Shown: positions 28,001 through 39,500 of the stretch, one piece after another | How positions within the stretch are numbered: position 1 is the stretch's first letter | Layout: each line of letters starts with the position of its first letter | DNA from: Acanthaster planci | Taxonomy: Eukaryota | NCBI RefSeq assembly: GCF_001949145.1 | Contig: NW_019091361.1 | Span: 2,465,825-2,529,824 of the forward strand | DNA length: 64,000 bases | Reading direction: 5' to 3' | The notes under the pieces: generated by a model | Told to the model about the DNA's origin: nothing | What the model saw: the letters and a program-made list of their open reading frames with translations, nothing else | Databases searched by the model: none | Program-made: the position numbers and the translations under genes

Positions 28001-31000
28001 ATTGCATGTATTTCTGCCCAGGGAATACTGTCGCTTGATAAGCAAGTCGTCCATGGCAGTCCTTTCAAATCTCAAATCCTTTGAGAGGGGACAAGAGGTT
28101 GTGGGATGTGACAAAAGTGCCAGTAATACTGTTTTAATCTGACTGCCAAGTTCAACTGTAACTTGTTACTGTAGGTTGAAAATTATTGTGTCTTGATGGG
28201 TTTAGTGTGCACCTCTCACCACAGGTGTGTGGTTGAGGGGTCAGTCTGTGTTACTCCTGTGCAAAGGGTGTTGGATTCAAGACCAGCAGCTCGTTACATA
28301 TCGTGACCTTGGGCAAGTCACTTTACTCCAATTGCCTCCCTCCACCTCGTGGTATTGATAGGTAGCTGTGAGGGTAGAGGTGGTCACTGTTATGTTCGTT
28401 GTTATTACATATATACTCAATGTTTTTGGTTGCAGGAGTCTTGTAAGACCATCTTGTATGGGGCCTTGCCTGCCTTGATCAGAGCTGTGCCGGCTAACAA
28501 ACTCAAGCCGTTTGTAGAGACAAACCTCATGGAGCCATTTCGCGTGGTAGGGGTTCACATGCTTGACCAATGTGAAGTCATCGTGGACAGTCTGCTGGCC
28601 GCGCTAAGGATACCAGACCCAGCACATGGGATTGTCATCATACTCCATAAGGCAGTCAAGGACATCTATAGTCTGATACCAGCAACTTTGCTGGTGAGGC
28701 CTTGTAATGGTAGATTTTTGTTGCAAGTTATTTATCCCTGTCGAAAATATATATCTTTGATAAACTGCAATGTGGCCAAGAACCCTTTCACCAAATGTCA
28801 TTTTGCTTCTTGCCCATTACTGTATAGTCCCATATTACGCACTTATCACTCTTTCACAGTGTCTAGAGATAAAACAGCTTGAATCCACACCCATTTTTGT
28901 TTGCCTCCAGACTTCCAAACCTGGATATGCTACTGCTTATATCTGTATTCACAAGAAGACAAATACTTGTGAATTCAAAGTGGTTTTTTTTCTTCCTTTT
29001 TTCGCATTTGACAGAAAGCTCATAGTAGAGTCTTGGCCAAGTTGGCTCAATGCCTGTGTCATCTTCCTGGGGAGGACATTGACACTGTCACTTCACCCCT
29101 GGCACAGGTTAGCTCCACCAGTTATTTGATTTATCATAATAACAAAATAGATGTCATCTCCTGCTGTTCATGTGACAGTGGAGAAATACAAAATCGACTA
29201 CATGTATTTGTATGATTGTTGTTTGCAATAGCATTGATTGAACATATTTTTCTTGTTAACTGCAGAATGGTCTGCTCAAATCAACTTTTATTCGATCTTA
29301 CATTGTATGTCAAGGCAAGCAGTCCCTTATGTGGCTCAACCCCTGTGTTGGTAAGCGACTCATTGTAGATACTGGCTGAAAGAGATGTTGTTATTCTTAT
29401 TGAATTATGACAAGTCTTTGTGTAATATTCCAACCAGGTGTTGTGTAGCTTCAGTTCTGCAAACTGGGGTAAATTTTGAAGGTCTTGCTACCTACATGTA
29501 GTGGTTGCTTCATCTCCAAACCGTATTTGCATTGCATCTTTGTACCACTCGCCTGATCTGACAACTTAGCTACAACAAAATAGGATCCTTGATCCAGTCG
29601 TTGATGGGATCAAGGATCGAATTGACTGCCAATGAATTGATTGACTGCCAATGAATTGATCTCCCCATGAATTGACGTAAATTTGGCAGCTCATTGAAAT
29701 GGAGTGTCATGGATATAATTTTTACAAAATATATAAATTTAAATTTATATATAAATTATATAAAAATATAAATTTGTACGTTTGTAACAATGGTGGTACA
29801 TGTATTTATATGACTTTTGATGGAATCAGTGTAACCAAATGTAGGAATTAACACCGCAAAATAATAATGTGGTTGGGGTTAAGATTTCTGCTAAATTAAA
29901 GTTACTCCGGTTGACGGTGTCATTCGAATTCTGTGTAGACGTGGCCATGAATGTCGCAGACAGTTCACAGCGTAGCAGCCTGGTGGGGATGCTGCTGGTA
30001 GCCCTGGCTCAATGCGATGCCATCCCTAGTCAGCACACCGCACCCATGCACAGGGTGCACTGGTTGCTGGAACTCATGGGCCACACCCGAAATGTCGCAC
30101 ATGCCAAGACCCAGTTGGCTCCTAACAGACCAATATACAAGGTGACTAGTTTTTTTTATGAGCTGCGGCCATTCAGATTCTTTTGTTTATCTTTTATTGT
30201 AGAAGGGAAGTGGAGTCCTCATGTTTACACTCTAGCAGAAGGCACTGCTCCATGTCCATCACAAAATTTCCTTTTTAATTTGTAAAAATGTAAACCGCCA
30301 AAATCTGCTGCCAAAATACATCAATCAAGTTAAGAGGGCCTCGCATTTCAATGCAAGTAGAATCTTTCTCAAAGGTCTTTCAGAAATATTCTGCTGGGAT
30401 GGAAATGTCAGCCCTCAACATTTTTGTGACTTAGATTTTAAATTCTTTGACATGAAGTAGACTTGGATTTTGTTGTCAGGTTTGGTCGACTGGTTTATCA
30501 AACATGCCGTCATCCTTGCATTCTGTGCTTGTAGTGTGGACGAGTTTTTGTTCAATTTAAACAGGTTTTCATTGAAATTTTGTGGTCTTTTCTTTTCAGG
30601 CAGTTCAGATCTTGCTGGATGTCTTTGCCACGGCAGTCGTCGCCTGGTCGTCTAAAGACTTACACTTAATCCTTGCCATTGCTCCGAGCTGGCTGACTGC
30701 ACAGCATGGGGAGCAGGGATCAAGGAAGGCAAGTACCAGTCGTGCCAGGTTTCGTCCGACGGAACATTATGCCAGTGAAGATGTGTCAGAACTGTTGCCC
30801 TATGGCTTACCACTGCTACTGAAGAGAGAGCCGTGGTCACAGATAACAGAAAAGGTACAGATAGCTTTTTTTTGTCAAATCTTTGAGGTAGTGTTTCTAG
30901 TATCAAGTCTGACTTCCTTACGCCAAGTCTGAGTTCTTCAAGCCAAGTTCGAGTTGCCAGTGTCAAATCCAAATTCATAGTCTCGAAGTCGTGTTCCACA

Positions 31001-31719
31001 TGTCATATCTAAGTTCTAAATGTGAAGTCCAAGGTTCTATTTCAGTCCCTCATTCCCATCCAAGTTCTTAGTGTCAAATCAGAGTTTCAATGTCAAGACC
31101 GAGTTTCCAGTTTTAAATTTTGAGTTCAAAATGTTAAGTCAGAGGCGCAGAGCCCGAGTATGATGACTTCATTCTATAAGACCATTTACTTCAGGGCGCT
31201 GCCCTGATATGTCATTTCTACTTTTTTCTTACAGGTTTTGAATTGGTTGCTGGACATGTATGAAGTTGAACATGACACACAGCCATCCATCACAAAACTT
31301 CACTTGAAAGGTAAAAAGTACATTTGGTATCCTTTATGAACCTATAAGATGCTCATTCCCAACCAGTGTTCTCCCAATAAATCCAATGAGAGATTACAGT
31401 ACACATTCATATTCTACTCGGTTTCCCCTATTCTTCCTAGAATTGGTTTTACTCCGAGTTTAGATGAAACTCCCCTGCCCGTGAGTTCAGCTAAAGGTGT
31501 TAATCAGTATGAAAGGCATTCCAGCTAGTGTAAAAGTGGTTGTTGAAATAACTGGTAGTCCAAATGTAACATACATTTCTTCCCCATTCCGTTCTCGTAA
31601 CTTATTTTATTGTCTCATTTATTTCCTCTGTCTGATTTTTTACAGCAACTATTTTGACCTTACGCCACACTCCAGCCTTCAAGAAACCAGCCAGTTGGAC
31701 CAGGGTACACATTCCTTAG
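7070..31719 (+). CDS. FOCAD: Focadhesin (KIAA1797), 33 coding exons, 1832 aa
   Basis: Exons: 7070-7213, 8396-8652, 9536-9637, 10044-10233, 10883-11177, 11640-11860, 12378-12638, 13752-13961, 14436-14560, 15045-15227, 15551-15626, 16204-16338, 17476-17650, 18215-18400, 18546-18670, 19101-19193, 20122-20258, 21393-21630, 22697-22954, 23632-23850, 24322-24441, 24889-25011, 25290-25439, 25702-25804, 26399-26611, 27120-27235, 28436-28693, 29015-29107, 29266-29350, 29939-30141, 30600-30854, 31235-31310, 31646-31719. All GT-AG, phases consistent, 5499 nt. Matches to vertebrate focadhesin as recalled: LWDQC..ACSETLVSLV..HADFSFV, PHPFISALTSRPDSWP, LAKAASIRDVC, TAWLWVRDKLTD, LPPVNWTAVLSPILR, C-terminal FKKPASWTR. 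Confidence 0.93.
7477..7690. mobile_element. Promoter-proximal MITE family copy (TIR about GGAAAGAGTTCCATATACGG) in FOCAD intron 1
   Basis: Inverted termini gaagagagttcaatatacggatgccact ... tactggtgcccgtatatatggaactcttcc. The interior matches 43076-43160 and 5745-5819 in reverse complement. Confidence 0.65.
8977..9166 (-). mobile_element. tRNA-derived SINE (V-domain-like), copy 1
   Basis: Aligns over about 190 nt with 61281-61470. The head is degenerate tRNA-like and the body contains ggggttttcctcccac. Confidence 0.8.
9685..9870 (+). mobile_element. tRNA-derived SINE with CORE-like segment
   Basis: A-box-like gtggcctgtagggataagg, B box GGTTCGAATCC at 9732-9742, then ttgtggccttgggcagtccactt and aacctgtgattaactggcatcccagtcaggaggggg. 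Confidence 0.7.
17067..17445. mobile_element. Foldback MITE (about 375 bp, about 130-bp imperfect terminal inverted repeats), copy 1
   Basis: The left arm aataagccttttgtgagtttaatttga...gaattccccagactgaagacac is the reverse complement of the right arm gtgtctttagtatggagaattcc...tcaaatttaacttgcaaaaaggcttatt. A second copy lies in opposite orientation at 55864-56235. Confidence 0.85.
19293..19474. mobile_element. piggyBac-type non-autonomous element (182 bp)
   Basis: TTAA target duplication (19289-19292 and 19475-19478) and a 14-bp TIR CCCCTTAACGC(C/T)GG with one mismatch. Confidence 0.85.
20400..21217. other. Assembly gap (818 N) inside FOCAD intron 17
   Basis: Run of N. The flanking exons join in phase (..IKTAAK|SNPSAQSNSVLAL..) and are collinear with the recalled vertebrate protein, so no coding exon needs to be hidden in the gap. 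Confidence 0.95.
28228..28390 (+). mobile_element. Degenerate CORE-SINE
   Basis: Degenerate B box ggattcaagacc followed by the CORE hallmark gtgaccttgggcaagtcactt (28303-28323) and tgcctccctccacc. Confidence 0.65.
30900..31160. repeat. Degenerate about 20-bp repeats (tcaagtc[c]gagtt), probable decayed DNA-transposon subterminal array
   Basis: About a dozen variants of caagtc..agt at regular spacing in FOCAD intron 31. Confidence 0.5.
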
Positions 31720-33555
31720 TGCCCCATCCTGAGCTTTCTAAAGAGATGTCTTGTCCCCATGTGGAACCAGAGGTGTTTAACAATGACAGCAGCCATGACT
31801 TTTAGAAAAACCCTGTTCTCTAAAGTTTAACGTTCATGCTGTTTATTGTCAACAAGTGTCAAACATGTCAACACACCGGTAGCACCAACAAAAGCGTCAA
31901 CAACTTGAAAATACCCTTGACAATTTTTGAAAAGGTTTTATCATATTTTACAGACTCTAACATCTGCCACTGTGTAAGAGAAACAGCAAATTTGCTTGCA
32001 GATTCTTGCAGGAAAAGAAACAGTTTTTGTGATGTATTGAGGTCGCCATCTTTCTTTTCTCTGCCATCCCCACAAAAATGATAGCAGCCGGTTGGGCTAC
32101 TCGAGCAGGCCCCACCAGGCCCAACTTTGTCGCTCAAATTGCCACACTCAACTATCATTTTAGATAAATGTAACACATCGAATATGATCTTTACGTGCAA
32201 AAATTTGGTTGAGTAACTTTTTGACACTTTTTTGACGCTTGTTGATGCTAAATAGCATGACCTCTCTTTAATGCATGCTTAAAATGCCCGTAGACTACAT
32301 ACACAGTTTTTCATGTGTCTGAGAAGCCAGGCCAAATGTGTCAAAAATTGGAATACAACATTAATTTTATTTTTTAAAATAGGGGCTTTTGCTAAGCAGA
32401 AGCTTAATGGGTTCCGAGTCACAGTGCTGACTACACCAGAAATGTTGTGCTCAATACATGTACATGTACGTTTAACACTCGTGCATGCATGAAATTAACC
32501 ACTACCCCCTCTGAGAAGAGCCTGTTTACGCCACTCGTAACGTGGACTTTGTTGAAAGCAAAATGCTTTATTTATAACATGGAACGAGGGGAAAACAAAA
32601 ATTGATGGAAAAAAACAATACCACGTGAAAAGTGCATAGCACTACATGTTAAGGGTAACAAAGTTACTAAAGTCAACACAATGCATAAAAACTGAACATC
32701 CAAATAAAATGGTTCAGAGTTTCTGCAGGAATTTTTGGTGGATTTTTCTTGAATAGTACCCCCCCCACAAGAATAGGGTTTTAGGATGACAGAGTGGCCA
32801 GTTTGAAAAATACTCTTTTGGCAAGGCTAAAAGTAAGGAATTGCTAAACTTCGCAAAAATGAGATGGAAATAATACCAATACTGAGGGAACATACGTGGA
32901 AGCAACATTTGAAAAATAATTTGGTGTGAATGCCAACCATCAGTAAGCTGGACAGGTGTTCTCCTGACATGTCTTATGAAGTACAATTGGAGATCACAGT
33001 GGGTTGATATTCAGGGTTAAAAAATAAAGGGATTTTTGATGCCAAAGTAGCTTATATTCAAAGAGCAAATTGGGAGCGGGCGGATAAATGTTGAACATTT
33101 TGTTTGCCATTGTGAATAAACAAAATGTGTGCATGTACTGTCAAATTCTGTTATGATTTGTCTGCTGAAAACCTTTTCGTTGCAACAGACATGTTTAAAG
33201 TGGAAAACGTATGCAGCAACGAGTTCGTTTCTATTCTTCAGACCATCAAGTAAATCTTACCAACACGGCAGAATTAACTATATTTTAAGAAGTGTTTCCC
33301 ATGACGTCTAATATGTGAGGACATTTCGATGGCACCTTCGCTCCCCAAAACAAACATAGAAAGCTTTTGTTCAAGCTCCCCCTGCCTTTTTTCCTTTAAA
33401 AGTAAAACGTGACTGCTAATGAACTTGGAGGGAAAAAAAGTGTGTTGTTTTTTCCCGTAAGCATTAAGAAAAGCTCCACCCCGTCTGTGTTTTTTTCCCT
33501 AGCAATTTTAACCCAAATAGCAATTTAAATATATCTACAAGATGCAGGATGCCAG

Positions 33556-36500
33556 TCAAAGTGGAGCGCACACCCGACAGAGGGCCGCTGGATTTTTCTC
33601 CGTCAGGAACCGCAGCTGCAACATACCGTCATTGGTGAAAGCTGCAAAGCAGAAGAAAGGAAAGAAGAGACAGTTGTCAGGACAGCAAGGGTCTCAACAG
33701 GCCTCCGTACTGATGACGTCATGGTTGCTTCTCACACATGCTTTCTGAGAGGAACCAAGATTGGTGGGGACTATGGATGTACATGTAGACACATAAAGAC
33801 AAAGCATGTCTTCAGTGTGTGGTGTATTTTACATCTTGACTGTTCTTTTCATTTTGCACTGCAGAGTCAATTTATAACTCAAATACAAGTCTATTACACC
33901 TGTTACTTGACCCTTTCACTTCATACATGACTTCTGACCACAAGCTCACACTTTGAATAAGGATTGAGATTGGAGAACTCATGGGACACATCTTGCTTTC
34001 AAACTTGCCTGCTTCATTCTGAATCCACTTCTTCTCTTTGTACAACGCCACGCAGCTCTCAAACTCTTTATCCGTGTAGTTGTCGACAAACACCGGAACA
34101 AAAGGGTCCATCGCCTCAAAACCCTACAAGTTCAAATCGTGAATGGGTGTAGCAAAATGAGTTACCATGACATCAAGCTTACCAGAAACAACTCATCAAC
34201 TTTTTTTTTTACCTCAAGGCAAAAAGTCATTGATATTTACAGTGGAACTTGGCCAACTAGTCCGGCGACTAGTCTGACCCCTCGTCCGGAACCATGTCCC
34301 ATAAGATTGTGCCCTCCCCACTCATAGGCACCAATCTCCTGTGCTGAGGCCATAGATACGTCAAGTCGCCTACCTCTTTTTGCAACAGGTGGAGTGGTTT
34401 GAAGTCTGGTCGCCGGGGACGAAAGAGATGCTGATCTACACTGGTCACAATGGCACCGTTGATCTACAACAATAACAAAACATATTACCAAGGTTTAGTC
34501 AGAGCCAGTACCAGCTTTGAGGCTGATCAACATGCCTGCATGAAAGCAAACACGATGGCACCTGTGTGATATCAGAGCAAACTGTGAGTTTGCAAAGTTA
34601 AATGATCTTTTAACTCTGACAGATCTTGCTGCGACTATGGGGCGATATCAATCCTCATTACACAAAATGAGTTGAAAGGCCACATTTGTGCAGTAACTGT
34701 GTAACTTATTCTGTAAGTTGGCCATCCACATACCCATTTTCCAAGCAGCATCTTCTTAAAATGTTGCACCATGGTCATTTCCGTCACTGGAATCTATGAC
34801 AAACGCACCAAGATTAGACAAACTATTTAAATAGAAACAGTCTGTTGATCTGTGTATGTTAAATTGCTTGTGGTTTGAAAATCTTACAACTGCAGTCATC
34901 TCTCGAGTCCACATCTTTTAGTTGTGAGCAAATTGTCGCAAGTTATACACAAGTCCTGCTTTCTCAAGTCACAGCCTGCTCTTTGAACTGTGACACAGGA
35001 CTTGCCTTCAATCCTTTGTCAAAGTTTCATCCCCTGATTTGTCACGACTTGTGATTTGCTGATTACATCTGCGAATTTTTCGAAATCAAAATCAACAGAA
35101 GTGACAATTCTGGTTATCTTTATTAGTTCTTTTGTACTTGGATTTTGGTTCATTGTGGTTCATCCATGATTTTTAAAGAAATAGCAAGTTTTCAAGTTAT
35201 AAATCACTGAACAGTTTATCATCTACGAAATTCAGTAAAGTTAAGATTAAAAACCAAGTTGAAACCAAAAAGTCTTGCTGGAGGTCATATAACAGAGTTA
35301 TCTGAAGAGTAAAGTGAAGAAGAACACACTTCAGTATACCAACACTGAATAGTTTTGATGATTGTCTTTTTATTAGACACGCAGAAAATTCCATTCTTTA
35401 AGGCGGAACCTTCTCCCAAACAAACCACACTAACTTCGCTATCAAGGGTTCCAACTTGCTACCGGATAGAAATACTGTCACCTTATAGATTCAGTTTTGT
35501 AGAAAAGTCACGTCTGAAAAAACTTTCATACAACAGCATAACAATTCCTGAAATCCTCAGAAACAATAAGAGTACAGGACGCTACATCTTACAACGTATC
35601 CTCCAGGTTTGCGTACGATCGTCTTCTCGGCAAAGAATCCATTGACACCTTTGACAGCAAACAGCATCTTGAATGCACCTCTCTGGCTCTGTAACTGCAG
35701 TTCCTTCAAGATTACACCGATGGCGTCGCTGGCGTTCTTTGGCCTTGCAACACCCTGGGGAGTAACACAACAAAATGTTGGTCACTGACAATTCCCAGGC
35801 TCCTGGTTCGATTTTCTGATGATGCAGAAAACATCAGGCATATCGCAGATCTTTACCAACTATTCTGGCATTGAAATGTATTCGCAGGCTTTTTATCCAC
35901 TAGAGATATGGAATGTTCCACTTTAGGGGTGAAAACCTGATCTCAATTCAGCAACCAGGATTATTCAATGCTGTACATTTGAACAAAAAGTGCATTCTTC
36001 TGATGCAAACATGACTGAAGATGTTTACACTGCTTTCTCAGACAAATCTTTAGCCAGTGGAGCAGAACCCACTTCCACTATATTTTCTCCGGTACTGTTA
36101 CATAGAAATTTTGTTCAAAAAGTTTTCATGTCGTGTATCCAAAAGTTTTTTAAAAATCAATTCCATGGTTATCAGACATTCATTCATCCATGAATGTCTA
36201 TTTTTCCCCCCAAACAGGTAGGTTACAATTTTTTAAAAATTTGTCCCATTGACATGCGCTCAACCTGCACGACAGGGTGGACAACAAGTGACCGTAACAA
36301 AACTTGGCGAATCTGTTCAAAATTGATGTCTTTTACATGCATGTCAAGTTTTAAAAAGATTGATCAAGGGGACAGCTGAGATCCTAATGAGGAGCCGCAT
36401 CCACTGCCCTCTACCAGTGGGGTCAGACTATTCTTGGCCCTTTCAGGGTTACAAATCTTTGCCCGCACCTCTTGTTGAGAGAGGAGCTGGGTCAAGCTGT

Positions 36501-39500
36501 TACTGACCTGGTCAACGATGGCCAGGAGAGGCTGTCCCTTCTCTGTGGTCTCTCGTCTGCTCCACACGTAATCCTCACTCGCCTGCAGCTGTGGACCAAT
36601 GGGCAAAGTGGCAAGTGTTTAACAAGGTCAAGTACAAGATAAATATCTCAATCATTTGGATTCAGAACTGAAATTTTATTGCAATAGGAGTAAACTTTGG
36701 AAGCTAACACAAACTGAGCTTTCTGGAAAAGAGAATTTTTTCAAAAAAGTTAAACAGATACATGTTGAACCGTTTCAATTAGTGATGAGATTAACATGTG
36801 AGTTAAGGGGTCTTGTATTTGTATAAGGTCAATGAAGTCTCCACATCACCATGCTAATTATAACACAGCACTCTAAGCAGAGAACAAACCTCTTTCAGAA
36901 AGTGTTCATTTCTTGCTCTGAAATGTTTGAGCCACTCTGACGAGAATGCTGGCTGGTCATACATCCCCTCGTGACGAACTGAATCGATGTAATCAAATCT
37001 GCCTTTCACATTCCACGAATTAGCTACGTACAAGAGAGGTAACAAGCTCATCAGAGAAATCCATAGATGATGTAGCCACCAGTGGACATAGCACTTCATT
37101 CTGTATAATTTCCCATGATCTCCAAGCCACTCAGGAGGGATACAACAAACTTTTATTCCGCTATTTCTACTCTTCCTACAAGAGATAAATACCTCCATTG
37201 ATTTCTTGGGGGATCAGCAGAGGCGGGTCTTTAGAGAAAACCTCATATTCCCTCTTGATATTTCAACAGAATACCTGAAACTGTTGAAGTAACAATCTAA
37301 CATAAAATGCAAGCCGTGTCCAAAACAGGCTTCAAGCGCAATAGCTATGTCCATTGTCAGTGTGTCTGTACATATATTCAGTAGAAGTGATACATTACAT
37401 TACTGGTATCTCCATGATGTCTGAGAGGCTGTTTTTGTTATTTTAAATTACATGTACATGTAGTTACAACAAATACACATCAGATTTACGCCTGCCTATC
37501 CCAGTGATACAAAACTTCTGCGCTCTGAGGACATGTTAACACATAACCTCTATGGGCACAGAACTAGACTTAGCTCTAGCCGACAGATTTGCAAGTTGCG
37601 ACAATCAGCAGTACTATTCACTTTCGATCCGACAGCAACAAATGGGTGACCGATCCCTATAATGGGAATGATCTTGTGCTGTGGACTCACCACAGGGGAC
37701 GTGAACAATAAGCCAGCCCTGGCTGTGGCAGTAGTGAATGATGTGACACAACGTCATGGTCTTCCCACTGCCTCTTGTGCCGTACAGGACATAGCGGACG
37801 GGCGGATGCTCGTAGTTGGCCTGCTTGAGGTAGTTGATGATCTCCACAGCGGGTTGCCTGACCATGATGGCTGCTTCCTGAAAGGGATCAATCTTGGGGA
37901 GGGGGATGGAAACCGACAGACAGGCAATAAAACATGCCGACATACTGACAAACAAGCTGATATCTCAATGCTTGAACAGTGCCGTAATCAAACCCTCACA
38001 TGTCTACCACAAGTCAATTACTGGTCAATCACAACTCGTCCAGTCTCACGATGAGTCACAGACAAGTGAATTCCACAGTGAAAAGGACATTTCTTTGTCA
38101 CTGATCCTTTCATCCTACTTGTGAGCACACTTCAGATTCGACTTGTAATTGGACTCAAGTTGGACTTGATTCTCTGCACTTACAGGCTGGGGGTACAATT
38201 ACTGCATGAGAATTAATTTTTTCAAATAAAAATTGCATATTTTCTTTCATCCATATGACAGAAATAAAGAGCGTAATGCATGTGATTAGATATAAAGGCC
38301 GGAGGAATGATGCTTTTCTTTTGCAAACACTTCTGCATAACAAGTTGCCTCAAATTACACATTGTAATGTTTGAGCAGCAGGAAGCTGAGCTGGAGACTC
38401 CACCCACGAAGCACAAGCCTGAAGCAGACGGTGCTGGGGTTGGGGAAAAAAGCAGATGGATTGTATCAGAAGACTATTTCGTGAATTGCTCCTTTTCCAG
38501 TCTGCCTTACCATTTGTTCCCATCTGGTTGAGCTGCCCACTGGTAGGATGGTTTTGACATCTTTTCTGGGGATGGTGTAATACTGACCAATGTGCTGCAT
38601 TCCATGGTTCGCCTGGGTCCAGAAACAAAACAACGATGGCCTTGACGTCTGACCGGATTTTTTTTCCCATCGGGTACAGTTGTGAGCTTTTTTTCAAGGT
38701 CAACTGTAAATTTCGGTCACCCCTGTGCAGTTTGTGAATTGCTTGAGCTGTTTTGTTTGCCAAATAGTGTAAAACCAAGTGTTTAACTTCAAAGGAGATC
38801 GGTAAGTTCAGCTTGACAAACATTTAGTAATGATGTTGAATCAAACCAACAGTAAAACAGAGGGGAATCTGATAGACGAACACAATTTTTAAAAAGTCAA
38901 GAAAGGAGTGAGACAGTTTAGGATCCAAATTTTTAGCCTGTCTGCCCCAACGTAAAGATTAAAAAACTAGCTCTCGAGGTTATTTCATATCAAACAAGAC
39001 GAGCATGGTACCATTGGCAAATAGTTTAAATGCCAGAGCATTTATTATAGGAACTCTTTCCTCAATGAATTTCAAAAATTTCACTCGGCAAGGAACGTGG
39101 GCAGAATTTAGTAATCTTCACACTTTGTTGCTGAGTGGGCAAAAAAAAAGACTCAATATGAAACAACTGAAATGATCATCTCCCTTGACTTACTGGGGAC
39201 TCCTCCGCTGTCCTGAAGATATCTGGAGCTGACTCTGGTGTACTCCTCGGGCCTGCAGCTGCTGATGTACCGCATGAACATGATGCCCACAGATGCCTCA
39301 AGACTTTCTACAGTACGTGCACATGTATGTCCGACAGGCAAACAACATTACCAAAAGTACAGTTTGAAGATCTTTTGCAGAAGGCTAAAACCAAGTGGCC
39401 TGGTGCAATGAAATGAAAATCTGGAGGGTACAACGTACATGTCGTTCTGCAAGCTCCAGGCTACAGCTCAGCAACTGTCAGGGCTCCAGCTGGCAAAAGT

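Noticed and set aside
29580..29780. Short inverted repeat, 19-bp duplication and AT-only stretch
   Set aside because: Low-complexity or decayed repeat sequence with no supportable function.
31327..31335. GTATCCTTT, a perfect U12-type donor consensus, in the last FOCAD intron
   Set aside because: Out of phase with the terminal exon; the GT donor at 31311 gives the conserved C-terminus.
33872..34008. Read-through C-terminus of DAP3 suggested by ORF 33872-34111
   Set aside because: Similarity ends at WIQNEA; the true terminal exon is reached through the GC donor.
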